Source: Lama glama
Lineage: Eukaryota
Assembly (NCBI GenBank): GCA_028534125.1
Contig: CM052832.1
Span: 23,562,001 to 23,626,000, forward strand
Length of the DNA stretch: 64,000 nucleotides
Reading direction: 5' to 3'
Below are positions 50,894-63,137 of this stretch, one piece after another; positions within the stretch are counted from its first letter, which is position 1, and every line of letters begins with the position of its first letter. Under the pieces are notes generated by a model. That model had not been told where the DNA came from. It saw nothing but the letters and a program-made list of their open reading frames with translations, and ran no database searches. The position numbers and the translations under genes were made by a program.

Positions 50894-53800
50894 GTAAGAC
50901 CCTAACTCTGGATTCCTCCATCTTGGGCACTTCCTTACCGCACACCATTCAGTAAGGGGTCAGCATATTATTCTGAAACTTAGACATGTAAAATTGCTAA
51001 TTTCTTAGGAAGGTTATTGTCAAGGAGCTAATGAAAATACCCCAGGGCCTGATCTGCTTCCTCAGGTATAGTCAGAGAGTGGGTGGTCACTTCCATGACA
51101 CCTTGTGTTCCCGAGCTGGCTGTGGCAATGTTTCCATGGTCCTAGAGTACAGAATGACTGTGATGGAATTCCTTTTCAAATGTCCCATTTTTGAGCTTAT
51201 CATTTCTGAATTCTTTAGCGTATGACTTGAGGAATTTCAAACAGAATCTAATGGGAAGATAAAAGTCGCATTTTACCATAAACTCAGTTGAAATTATGCC
51301 GCCAAAGAGACCTATTTAATAAGCCCAGGTCCCTTTTACAAACATGATAGCTGGAATGAAAGACTTTATAGGCTCTTTGCCTGACCTACACTTGAACCTG
51401 TCTCTGATCTTTAAGGTAGAGATGCTCCTTAAAGCATTATTTCTAGATCCCTCTTTTCAGAAGTTTTCCTGTGTTCGTATTAAAGTTCTGTGTCTAAAAG
51501 GAAATCCTTTACCTCTTCATACACACTTACATGCATGAAGTAAAATACACACCAGTGTTTTCCTTGCTTGCTAGTTTGTAAGTCTGTCCTTTCCTTTTCC
51601 CATCGCCCAGCATCCTCATCTCCAGGCTTGTGCCTGGGAACCAGAAACAAGACAGGAAAGTTCCCCAGGTCACAGGCACAAGACAGCATTCCTGGGACCA
51701 GAACTATTTCACAAGGATATAGTTGAGGCAAGATCCTGGAGCACCTGAGAAAGTTAGTTTCTGGACTTTGTCCCACCTCACTTCCCTATTCATCTGTTCC
51801 TTGGATACCCAGAATACCTAAGCATCCCTAACTTACAGCAGGGAGGGCCTCCGGAGCCCTGAGATCCCTGAGGTAGCCAGCCTCTGCCTGTTGGGAAGCT
51901 AGGAGATAATTTTGATTTTCACAGTTGAGCCTTTTCCTTTAACATTTATTTTCTCGCTCTACTCTTTGAACAAGCCCGTGTGAGAAGAATTTGAGCGTGG
52001 CTGGAGGACTGTCAGTCAGATCAAATCGGGGATTCTGTTGCAGGAATAAAGATGTTGACCTTTTTATTTATCCCTATTTCTGGATTTTTAGTCTCAAGGA
52101 CCGCCCCCCCCTTTAATTATAAAGATGAAGTATGAAGAGAAGGCCAGAAGGAAAAACAAGCATGATGTATTTATATGAAGGGCATAGAATAGCAACAAAA
52201 AAGAACATCACTAAGAATAGGAATTACGATTAGCTACTGGACCTTTTGACAGTGCAGCAGAGGGTGGACCACAGCTGGCACTCAGGCTTCAGTCCACTCT
52301 TACCGAGTTGGGAGGAATCCTGACAGACCTTCCCAAGTGGTGTTCAGATGTCAGAATCACATTAGTGGGCCATTTAACAGCGTCACCTGTAAGTGGTTTT
52401 TTGGAAGCCCAAATGGATACAGGGTGTGACGAGAGGGTGCAGGCTCCAAACTCCAGGCGGAGGAATGTCCACTGGAAGAGAGCTTACTTCTTCAGATGAG
52501 ATTACAAGATTCTCTAACTCTGCAGAGTATGCTGGTGGCATCCATTTAATCGTGTATCATCCCACTTCACAGATTTCTGATTTTCTCCAATTGCTACCCC
52601 ATTATCATATGTATATATACATATTAACCCCCTGAATAACCAGGGAGTATTTAATATTTGTTAATTCCTCTGGTCTTCTTATCAGGCAGTTAGTCATTGG
52701 TGGCCTGGCTCATGGTGTTGACATGAGTTAACCATTTGTGTTCCAGATCAGGCCTTGCTCTCCAGTGTTGACTTTCTCTATTTCAAAGTAATGTTTCCCT
52801 CTTTCCTATACTTTATCCAATCTCACTGCTAAATGGAGCTGCCCTGTGGGGCACACAGATGTTCTCTGATAACGATGCTGAAATGCTGGTGGCCCGACAG
52901 TGTTCACGTGCTTCACCTCTGCTGCTAGGTGGCTTCCCGATGATCAGCCTGTCTGCCTGGTGGTCATCCCCTTGGTGGTCCTATTTGAAGATTCTCTTCC
53001 CTCTCATGTGGTTTCAGACGAAGCTCCTGCACAAACAGTGGGATAAAGGTTTTAAGCGATTGGCGTTGGCATGGCGGAGCGTGGCTGGGTTGTAGCAGTG
53101 CTGCTGATGGGTGCCTGTGCTACGTGCTTTGACAAAATCTAACTAACGTGATTGGGAAGAAGCTGATGTTTTCTGCCTGACAGAGGTGCTCTGAATTCTT
53201 GATTGGGGAACGTTCCCTTTCCAGTTATGACCCCTCGTCCCCACGTTCCAGCTCCATTGCCTTCCCAGTGGTGAAAATCTAGTGGCCATTCTTTACCCCC
53301 TTGCGTCCAACAGCACAAAAGTGTCCCTGCTATTATTACTACTCTTATTGACGGCTGTGTTGCTGTCGACAGCACAACAGTTCAGAACAGAGTGCTGGTG
53401 GATAAATATGCACCTGCATTATCCCGGTAATAGACTCGGATCATGGATTTTCAAATCTCTAGAGTAGATAACGATCTAAAACCCAATTCGTTTGAATTAA
53501 GAGTAAAAGCAAACCTGGTATCTGTAGACCTTAATGCGTTATTCCCGGAGGCTCAAATGGGAATCAGACACTCAGCTATTTTCACAGCGTCAGTGGCAGC
53601 TCTAAAGTAAAGAGCACCTAAGGGGCTGGTTGGTGAAGGATCCTAGAGATTATTCCATCTGGGATTAAAGGGTTCTTTTTACCCCAGAGGACCTACTTCC
53701 CTTTAATTTAGTGCCTTGGGCATCTTGGTATGAATTAATTCTAATTCTCTGTATCACATAAATGCCCTTCAGCCTCTACACCATCACCCTCTCTTTTTTC

Positions 53801-55229
53801 CATTCTCAGGACAGATGAGTAAGTTTGAGCTCATTGCATAGTTCCATACCAGGTAAAAATAAACTACGGAAGAAAGAGAAAATGCTTTGCCCAAAGTAAA
53901 TGGGATCCTTTCTCTTGTCCTGAAATACCTACCTCTTTGGTATCTTGACCTGAGGCACCAGGCTCACTGAGTTTCAAAACAGTTCATTCAATAGGGAGAA
54001 AAATGAGACTGTAGACACTGTCTTGATAGTTCATTGGTTGTTTGAGAACAGGCCCCGTCATCTTCAGCTTCTGTCCTAGGTGGTATCAGAGTCAGATTGA
54101 CTTGGTGAGTAGGATGATCTTTTTTAGGATATGCTGTATAGTGATAAAGGCCAGGAACTGGCTAATTAATGGTTAGTTAATTTGAAAAGAAAATGTTATC
54201 AAACATGTCTAAGAGAAAGGTGTTTCCAGACTTGTGGTGAGATCGGGGTGGGGAGGGAAACCTCAGCCCCTGTACCTCTGCCGGGCTGTGTATAGCGTGG
54301 CCAGACCCGGGTCCCCAGGCAGGGCTTCCCAGGCTGGTCTGTGGCGGGTTCGGGGAGCGATGCTCGAGCTGCTCTCTCTTGCAAATCTGTGGCCATTGGT
54401 GAAGCCTGGCAAGTAGTAGGGTTGCTCTGTTGAGGCAGCTGCTAAAGCAGTTTATAAAAGCCTCAGTTACGTTGTGTCTGTTGGCGTGGAACCCCTGTCT
54501 CAGCCACGTGCAGTCACGTGTGTTTCTACACACCATCGACTAACAGGTGGAAATAACGATTGAACATCTTGTCCAGTGTCTTTTGCCAAAAACCCTAGAA
54601 TGTAATTCTGTTTAAAAAAATTGATGTGTCTTCCAGTTTTCTCTCTCTGGAAAAGATTGATAAACACTTAGGTAGGGCCCTTGAAAATATGGCTCTTTTA
54701 AATATAGGTGGATGGTGAGGACCCTGTCTTTTCTTTTTTAAACCTAGAGCCTAAATAGAGAAAAGAATACTGTTTGAGAAACATATATATTTTTTAATTC
54801 TGAGAGAATTTTTCTTCTCTAGCCCTTATATGTAAAATTTCTTTGATCTCCTCCAAAAAAGTTCACGGTATTATTCATCTTTTTTTCAGAAGTCATAGGG
54901 CTGTGTCAGAAGGTCTACTGCTTTGGAGTATATTGATTTTCACTCTATGGAAAAGCTCTTACCCACGCAGGGTCTGCCTCTGTATAAAGGGTTTGTTTTA
55001 GGAGTCCATTTTCCATTGGCCTGTCAGGTAACACATTTCAGGAACTCTATGTCAGGACTCTATGAAGAAAACTGTTCTGCTTTGGAAAAATAATGAATTT
55101 TAGAATTTTATATCAACAAGAACAGTGTTTTTGTTTTTTTTTTAATGTACTCTTTCAGAGAGTACTAATTCTGAGGAAACCACTGGAGGTGAGAGTACTG
55201 CATCAATTTATTTCTAAGTTCATCTACTC

Positions 55230-55445
55230 CAGCACTGATCTGAGTTCAAAATCCCACTCTGTTGCTTATTAGCTGTGCAGTCTTAGGCCAGCTGCTTAAC
55301 CTTTCTGAGCCCCAGTTGTCTCATCTTTAAAATGAGAAGGATGTCCACCCTTAGTTTTGTTGCAAGGCTTTTATGAGATGATGCATGCAAAGCATACGGT
55401 GCTCCACCTGGGATACAGGAGCTAGTTGGATTATTATTGCCATTG
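55230..55445 (+). mobile_element. MIR SINE
   Basis: ctgagttcaaaatcccactct...ctgagccccagttgtctcatctttaaaatgag. Confidence 0.6.
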
Positions 55446-56763
55446 TTGTTGTCATTTTTATTAAAACAACTCACCTATACTATGCATCCCTAGTGATTTT
55501 CTTAAAAATTGCTTTCTACTCTGTTTTGTATTATTTAACCTTATCTTTTTAAAGCTAACATGCTATTTTTTTCCCTCTTTTCATTATATCAAGCTGGTAC
55601 AATTTACATGTTTATTTCACAAATTGATGGGGTCTTCTGGTAAAGTCAGTCAATAGCCATCAACAGGTGTTGAAAAAAATTCCTCTTACCTTAATTTCCC
55701 ACTCTTGTCTTGTAAATTAAACCGAGATTCAGTATGTAGGACTACAACACAAATAGCACCGAATAACAGGCAAATGTGTGACTCCCAGGCTGGTCTGAGA
55801 GTATGAACACAACTCCTCAAGGTCCCATTTTGGGGAAGTATTTGCTGTTATGGTGATTTCCTTGTGTACCATCCAGATTGTCTAATACACTGTTTCCCTG
55901 CAGACTACTCAATTAGAGGTGTCAGTAACTTTTCCTTTTGTACATGTGTCACTGCCTTCCTTAACTTTTCTCCAGGGCATCTAAGTCATTGGTCTTCACC
56001 AAGATAATGTCCTGCCACAGCCAGTCGGCTCTTTAGGATTGAGTCCTGCCTACACTGCAACCACCACTAGTCATAATCCTGGCTTCTTTGAGCAAGATCT
56101 GTTAGTATTTCTAATACCTCTTCACTCACGTGTATGTTGGTGATCTCTAAATCTGCAGAAGAGAAAAATCAGCAATAGCCTTTTATTTTTGCAAGTGAAT
56201 CGATTGCCCTCTCGGATGTTAACACCTGAGAAATTGCCATACCATATACTTAATCCATGTTTTCAACATATGCAGTGATCTGTAATTTTCCTCCCACATT
56301 AGAGAAATCCAAGAGTAATAAATTTGTGGTTAAAATCAGAAAAATAAACCCTTTGCTATGTATGAAAACCAGTGCTACATGAGCATAAAAATTGACTACC
56401 ATAAAAATCAAATCTTGTGTGGCTCTCTCTTGGAAGTTGCCTTAGATTTTATCGTGTTTTTCGTCTCAGTGGGTAGGATCCCATCCCCTTTTCCACTGCC
56501 ATCTGCTTTTTGTAGATTAGTGATCTGTCTGAGCATTAGGATGAGCTCATCAAATTAAAGAAAGCCACGTAGTAGCTGTGGGGAAAGTTTGCATGCAGGG
56601 CATTTATCTAAGATGTTAAGAAAAAGAAAATTGAGAGGATTCCATCTGACCGGGCCCCTCAGGCCCCTCACAGAAAGCATGCTGAAAGGCTCAGTTCTGG
56701 GGAAGGACAAGGTTCTTGCTGGAAGAAGCACTGAAGACACCTTGCCTTGTCTCTTGGCTCCAG

Positions 56764-56977
56764 ACCCAGTTCAAAACGTGGTTCAGGTGCTGGAGAAACA
56801 GTACCTGGAAGAAAAGAGGAGTGCCCTGGAGGAGCAGCGGCTCATGTACGAGCGGGAGCTGGAGCAGCTCCGCCAGCAGCTGTCCCCGGAGAGGCAGCCC
56901 CAGAGCAGCGGCCCCGACCGCCTGGCCTACAGCAGCCAGACGGCCCAGCAGAAGGTGACCCAGTGGGCGGAGGAGAG
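56764..56977 (+). CDS. KIF13A: KIF13A exon (~17): PVQNVVQVLEKQYLEEKRSALEEQRLMYERELEQLRQQL...QQKVTQWAEE(R)
   Basis: ggctccag| ... |gtagga, 214 nt; coiled-coil sequence; CpG-rich. Confidence 0.96.
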
Positions 56978-57739
56978 GTAGGAAGGGGGCCCGCGGGATT
57001 CAGAGTCAAGGCCTCGGGGCCTTGGGGTCTTGGGGGCGGGCGTCATGACATATCGGAGGGCGACAGACGTAGCAAAGAAGGAAACTTACTCCCCTGTCCA
57101 GATTGTCAGCGATTGCCTTTTCCTTTCAGAGATGCTGTCTGTCCCAGTGTGTTTACTGGGATGTTAGTTGTTGCAGGCCACACTGCCCCCTTACCCTTCA
57201 GGAAGAATGGTACCGCGTGTTAGAACACCACTCCTGGGTTTGGAAGTAGAGAGCATCTGAATCGTTCCTCAGCGTAAAAGCATTTCTCTTTTTTTAATTT
57301 CTCTTACTTTGGAGTCCATCTAAATACAACATTAACATTAAGAAATCTTCTAAAAAATGTGAATTTTTTAGATTTATGACTTTAGAACATATCAGAACTG
57401 AGGTAGTGGTGGAGGAAAAGGTACCAACAGCAGTAAGGGCAGTAAAGTATTGGTGAGTTCTTTGTGTTCTTACCGCAGCCCTGGTATCGTGCTTATTTTA
57501 TTTAGTGCTCCCAACAGCACCAAGCCACAGGAAATACTATTCCCATCTTGTAGGTAGGACAGTCAGTTTAAATATCCTCCCTCAGTCACCCATTTAGTAA
57601 ATGAAAAGGCTAGGGTTTGAACCCGGATCTGTCTAAACAGTAACAACTCCTGTGTTATAGTAATAATAGCACCTGCCATTTCTTGAGCATTTACCGCGTG
57701 CTGACACTCCGCACAGTGCAAAATCCGAGTACAACTCTG

Positions 57740-57880
57740 CAGTCAGCCCTCGCTATCCGAGGTGCCACACCCATGGGTTCAGCCAACCCACGGGTCACGT
57801 GGTCCTGCAGTATTTAGTGAAAAAAAAATCCACCTGTAAGTGAACCACAGTTCAAACCCATGTTGTTCAGGGCTCAGCTG
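57740..57880. mobile_element. Tigger2/MER8-type MITE
   Basis: ends cagtcagccctcgctatcc... and ...cagttcaaacccatgttgttcagggctcagctg (imperfect TIRs). Confidence 0.7.
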
Positions 57881-58400
57881 CACTCTTTCTTTCATTCAGT
57901 GGGTAATTTTTGAATATCCTATGATGGGCCGTGTGCTTGGCCAGAAATTAGGTGTAACAACAAGCAAAAAAAAAAAGGGCATGTTCTCTGCCCTAGGGGT
58001 GCTTACAGCTTTGCAGAGGATATGGACATTATTAGTCAAATAATTATACAGATAAATGAAAAATTATAGCTATGATGAGGGCTACTGAGGCAAAAGATGT
58101 TAGACTGGGAAAACATATAATAGGATTTGGACCCAATCAGGATATTAGAGAAGCTTTTATCAGGAAATGCTATGGGATAGAGCTGAAAAAAAGAACTTCT
58201 GCTGCCACAGAAGTACCAAAGAAATCAGGTAAATAAAACACTTTCTCTGCACTAAACCCAGGACTTTCACCTGCCCAACTTCCCACCCTAAAGCACACTA
58301 AAGTCATAATCATTTATTTTTCCTAAGGGATTCCTTCATTTTATTTTAATTTTTGCATTATCATATCAAAATCTAGGCATTTTCAAATGTTACATAATTT

Positions 58401-58722
58401 ATTTTTAATGTATTTTTAAAAATCTTATTTTTTGTTGAAGTGTAGGTGATTTGCAATGTTAATTTCAGGTGTAGAGCAAAGTGATTCAGTTATACATACA
58501 CATACATATATACACATATATTTTCATATTCTTTTCCATTATAGCTTATTACAAGAGATTGACTGTAGTTCCCTGTGCTATAGAGTAGGTCCTTGTTGTT
58601 TATCTGTTTTATATATAGTAGTGTGTATCTGTTAATCCCAAACTCCTAATTTATCCCTCCCCCTCTTTCCTCTTTGGTAACCATAGTTTGTTTTCTATGT
58701 CCATGAGTCTATTTCTGGTTTT
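58401..58722 (-). mobile_element. 5'-truncated L1 3' end
   Basis: caaagtgattcagttatacata...gttccctgtgctatagagtaggtccttg; TSD aaatgtta(c/t)ataattt (58385-58400 / 58723-58738). Confidence 0.85.
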
Positions 58723-58976
58723 AAATGTTATATAATTTAAAACATGGTTTGTTCATGAAGTCACCCCACATGTTTGCTCCTTGTCCGTGGTTCCCAATGG
58801 ATAGCCCCCAGAACCCTGCTGGGAGGAGGGAAGGATAAGAGGTGAATTGGCAGAAATAGGTTGAAAAATACCGTTTGAAAGGAGTTTTCTATCACTTTCT
58901 AAAAATAGGACTCACTTAGAAACAGGATTGCAGTTTTCTTTGGGACGTTCTCATTTCCTTTCGTGCTATGCCCCAG

Positions 58977-59139
58977 GGATGAACTCTTCCGCCAAAGCCT
59001 GGCAAAACTGCGGGAGCAGCTGGTCAAAGCTAATACCTTGGTGAGGGAGGCAAACTTCTTAGCGGAGGAAATGAGCAAACTCACTGACTACCAGGTGACT
59101 CTGCAGATCCCTGCTGCAAACCTCAGTGCCAACAGAAAG
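58977..59139 (+). CDS. KIF13A: KIF13A exon (~18): DELFRQSLAKLREQLVKANTLVREANFLAEEMSKLTDYQVTLQIPAANLSANRK
   Basis: gccccag| ... |gtagga, 163 nt; VREAN..AEE motif. Confidence 0.96.
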
Positions 59140-59882
59140 GTAGGAATGTTCTCACAGAAAGTGCCGGCAAGAGGTACAACAGTAGCTACTGTAACGTAAA
59201 ATGTAAACCTGACATTCACAAAACACCCGCGAGGAGACCCTGATGTGAGCGGGGCGTTCGTTCTTTTTAAGACTGCCTCTGCAGACCTCCTCTCACGCGT
59301 ATGTCCTTAGATATGTTATGATCAGAATATGGGGATTTGGGCCGCTGAAGGGCTGACTAATTTAGGTGCTTTCTTTAAAACACTGAAACTAGAAATATAT
59401 ATCAGGAATTCCTCCTGCTTTTCTCTTTCATATAAATGCCTCCTGAAATAGGGAATGTGTGTCTGTTAACAGTGTTTTTCTAAGAGTGAATTCTACAAAA
59501 ATAAAAAAAGCCTCGTATGATACCTGTTTTATGTACACAGAAGGGTTCTTTTCAGTCATTGGGAAGTTTCCCATCAGCTCAACTTGAAGAGTTTTTCCTT
59601 TAAGGAGAAACTTTGAAAAAGTCACTTTTCATCCATTCATTTTTCTCTCCAGCGAGCAAGCTAGGAACGAGTCAGGGTATCTCCTCCTGTATTTTAGTCT
59701 TTTGACCCAGTAGTTCTCCTTTGAGAATTGTGTTCTAAATCCATACTCATAGAAGTGTCCATGAAGATTTATGTGCTTTTGTACAAGGATGCTTACCGTA
59801 GTGGCCTTTGTAATTAACACCACAAATCTGAAACAGCCATGATGTTGACCTGTAGAATAATAAGTCAAATAATGGACTGCTT

Positions 59883-59942
59883 ATGTTTATGAAAACTGTT
59901 TAACAACACAACATGTTTATGAAGACTATTCAACAACACAAC
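59883..59942. repeat. Imperfect 30-bp tandem duplication
   Basis: atgtttatgaaaactgtttaacaacacaac / atgtttatgaagactattcaacaacacaac. Confidence 0.85.
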
Positions 59943-60036
59943 AAGGTGAACGTAATATAAAAACTGTGGAGAGAGGTTTGGGATAGGAAATGGATATTTT
60001 TGTTAGGTTCTGATTGTGACAAAAAGAAAATGTGTT

Positions 60037-60132
60037 GGGAGGGTAGGGATAGCTCAGTGGGAGAGCACGTGCTTAGCATGCACAAGATCCTGGGTTCAAT
60101 CCCCAGTACCTCCATTAAAAAAAATAAATAAA
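60037..60132 (+). mobile_element. tRNA-derived SINE (Vic-1-like, short form)
   Basis: atagctcagtgggagagcacgtgcttagcatgcacaagatcctgggttcaatccccagtacctcc + A tail. Confidence 0.85.
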
Positions 60133-60323
60133 ATATGTGTGTATACATAGAAGACTGAAAATAAACCAGAATATTCCCTAGGTGATAGAATTTCATCTTC
60201 TTTTGTATACATGTGTTTTTTCATACTTGCTGCTTTATGATCATACACACTGCTTCAGCGATCCAAAAAGTTACAGCAAGGATTGTTTTGGTTTTTTTGT
60301 TTTTGTTTTCCTTCATTCTGCAG

Positions 60324-60464
60324 AGAGGAGCTATCGTGAGTGAGCCCGCTATTCAAGTGAGGAGGAAAGGGAAGAGCACCCAAGTGTGGACCATTGAGAA
60401 GCTGGAAAATAAATTAATTGATATGAGAGACCTTTATCAAGAATGGAAGGAAAGAGTTCCTGAG
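60324..60464 (+). CDS. KIF13A: KIF13A exon (~19): RGAIVSEPAIQVRRKGKSTQVWTIEKLENKLIDMRDLYQEWKERVPE
   Basis: ttctgcag| ... |gtaaaa, 141 nt; W..EKLENKL.DMRDLYQE motif. Confidence 0.96.
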
Positions 60465-61092
60465 GTAAAACAGACCAAGTGTGAAGGAGCTTTGGTCATG
60501 TTCGAAGGACGGCATATAAGTATTTAATTCTCAGAACACCTGCATGTGCATCCATGAATGTCTGTCATGGTTCCTGGGACACTGACATTAGAAAAGTAAA
60601 GTGAAAGTGATCTTGAGAGGATCAGCTGGGTCAGTCATAAGACATGTGACCCCCACACAGAGAGGAGCTAGAACAAGAGAACCCACAGCATGTTCTCACT
60701 GGCTGCATTTTTACTACATTTCAGGTGCAATGAAGTAGGACAGAGTAGATTTGTGCTGCCTTGTTGGTGCTGTGAAAAATCAGCTTAGTTGGAGCCGGCC
60801 TGGGTTGTGTACTCATTGCCATGTGTTCATGGTCCCCTAGCTGTGGCCACGGCTGGGTGGGTGACTGAGGGTAAGTTTAGGGAGCACAGCCCATTTTGGG
60901 AGCACTAGTAATGGAAAAGAGGACTCGGCGAAGGAAGTGAGGCAAAGCACTGGGAGTGAAGCCACACAGGTGGGGTGTGACAGAGGAGACGGGGCAGCAA
61001 CCCACGAAGGGCTCTCCCTGTGGAGATCACGTAGTCCCCGACTGCCAAGCCCCTCTCAGGTGCTTGTTTTATTTTACTTATTTGTGTGACGT

Positions 61093-61207
61093 GATTCTAA
61101 TTCTACTTCTCAATTTATTTGAATAAATGGATTCTAATTTTGCTTCTCAATTTCTTTGAGTAAGTGGATTCTAATTTTACTTCTCAATTTATTTGAATAA
61201 ATGGATT
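61093..61207. repeat. 37-bp minisatellite, about 3.1 copies
   Basis: gattctaatt(c/t)t(a/g)cttctcaattt(a/c)tttga(a/g)taa(a/g)tg at 61093, 61130 and 61167. Confidence 0.92.
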
Positions 61208-61312
61208 ATTTTTAAAACATTTTAAAATACTGATTTTACATAGCATTGTGTAAGTTGATGTTTCGTTTTCTACTCCCCTCCCGCCTTCCCCCCCTCTTTC
61301 CTACCAACTCAG

Positions 61313-61462
61313 GCAAAACGACTGTATGGGAAACGAGGTGACCCTTTCTATGAAGCCCAAGAGAATCACAACCTAATTGGCGTGGCTAACGTGTTCTTGG
61401 AGTGTCTCTTCTGTGATGTGAAGCTTCAGTATGCAGTCCCCATCATCAGCCAGCAGGGGGAG
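61313..61462 (+). CDS. KIF13A: KIF13A exon (~20): AKRLYGKRGDPFYEAQENHNLIGVANVFLECLFCDVKLQYAVPIISQQGE
   Basis: long pyrimidine tract + ctcag| ... |gtaagg, 150 nt; DPFYE..ENH.LIGVANVFL motif. Confidence 0.96.
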
Positions 61463-61901
61463 GTAAGGACAAGCCGGCCTTGGAGGAGTGGTTGAAGTTT
61501 GTTTTTCTGTTTTTTTAATTTGATGTAGGTTATGATCAAGACAGTTGGATGAAGGATCCAACTGTTGGATGAGGATCACATTCTTTTTTCTCTACTAGTA
61601 TCAGTAGAAACTACGAAAATTAAGTCATGGTTTTAAAAGATTATTATCACTTTTTTTTTTAAATTTGTGGTTCACAAGTATTTTCTTTGTTTTAATCAAC
61701 TTAGAAATCTTTTGCAAACCAGATTCAGCTCTGTGCCCCCTATTTATTTCTCTTTTAATCTCTTACCTTTGTAGTACACTCTAGCTTCTTCCTGGCCCCT
61801 AAGTGGTCTTTACAAGACACAACTTGGGAGGATTGTTTTGGAAATCCAAAATATGCTAAGAAAATAAGCTTAACCATCCCACCTTTCTCCGCCCACCCCC
61901 A

Positions 61902-62035
61902 TTTTTTGGAGGGGGGAGGGGGTAGAAGTAATTAGGTTTATTTGTTTATCTATTTGTAATGGAAGTACTGGGGATTGAACCCAGGACCACAGGCATGCTA
62001 AATACACACTACACAGGGAAGCTATTCCCTCCCCC
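61902..62035 (-). mobile_element. tRNA-derived SINE (Vic-1-like)
   Basis: reverse head gtactggggattgaacccaggacc... Confidence 0.8.
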
Positions 62036-62573
62036 GACTCCCCCTTTAAAAGAACAAAATTTCAGTTATTTGAATTTATTGGCCTTTTGTAGGCCTAAGG
62101 CATTTCAGAAACTGTTCAAGTTCAAACTTCTTAATTTTATCCATTCGTCAACTGATGTTTTTCATTGTAAATTTAGTAGCGTGTCCTTATTATTTTTAGC
62201 GTGTCCTAGCGTGTCCTTCAATAACATGCAGGCTTGAAATACTGAGTTGTTTTGTGTGACTCTTAGCACAGGCTGAGAACAGGATGCCATTTTGCCCAAA
62301 GTGAACCCAGGAAATAGGTTCCCAGTTGTGGTACGTAAGTACACAGCTCACATTCCACATGTGGTCACCCCAGTGCAAACATTCTCTGTAGGAAACTAAT
62401 GGGCTAAGTTGCTTTTTCCCATGTTAAAAACAGGCACAGCTCCGATGGCAAAGAGATCTAGTCACTGAGTCCCTAGCTAGGGGGTCTAGAGCTAGGGGTC
62501 CAGGTGAGCTTTAAGTGTTCCACCAATCCCCTGAAATTACACTAAAAAAAAGTTCAAAAAAAGAACCCTATCT

Positions 62574-62691
62574 TTTTTGGGGGAGAGGGGGACACGTTTT
62601 TACTTATTTATTTAAAGGAGGTTCTGGAGATTGAACCCAGGACCTCATGCATGCTAAGCACACCCTCTACCGCTGAGCTATGCCCTCCTCC
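62574..62691 (-). mobile_element. tRNA-derived SINE (Vic-1-like)
   Basis: reverse head; TSD-like aagaaccctatctt / aagaactcttatctt. Confidence 0.82.
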
Positions 62692-63097
62692 AAGAACTCT
62701 TATCTTCTGATTTCTCATATTTCCTCCCCACCCCCAATCTTGGTCTTTCCTCTGTATTTCTCTTACTTGTCAGATACCATCAACTAATTTCTCTTAAGTC
62801 CTTGGTGCCAGGGCCAGTTACTCTGTGGAAGTTGGATCTGAGCCATGTTGAAAAATAAGCCTCACTCTTTAGATGACAGCAGACTGCCTGGCATGTGTCA
62901 CCTTCACGGCACCAGTCACTACACCCTTCACCTGTGTCATGAAAGATAACTTGGCCAGTTTCAGCACTCTGAGAATGCAAATTTCAGGGTCATTCCTGTC
63001 CTTAAATTCAGTTCTATGCCACCGACTGTGAGAAAGGCACTGCTAACCAGCACCAACCCGGAGAACCACCAGGGTGTTCTGAAAACGAGCTTGCTCG

Positions 63098-63137
63098 CTC
63101 TCTCTCTCTCTCTATATATATATGTGTATATATATAT
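63098..63137. repeat. Compound (CT)n(AT)n microsatellite
   Basis: ctctctctctctctctatatatatatgtgtatatatata. Confidence 0.9.

Noticed and set aside
56716..57223. 158-aa and 80-aa ORFs overlapping exon 17 in other frames
   Set aside because: Expected in GC-rich coding DNA; non-ATG starts and no recognisable protein
60037..60115. tRNA-like sequence (also at 9862, 28444, 31647, 44083, 48791, 61902, 62574)
   Set aside because: Diverged SINE heads with A-rich tails and TSDs, not tRNA genes
61093..61207. 37-bp repeats with CRISPR-like length
   Set aside because: Units are directly adjacent with no spacers, there are no cas genes, and the context is a mammalian intron
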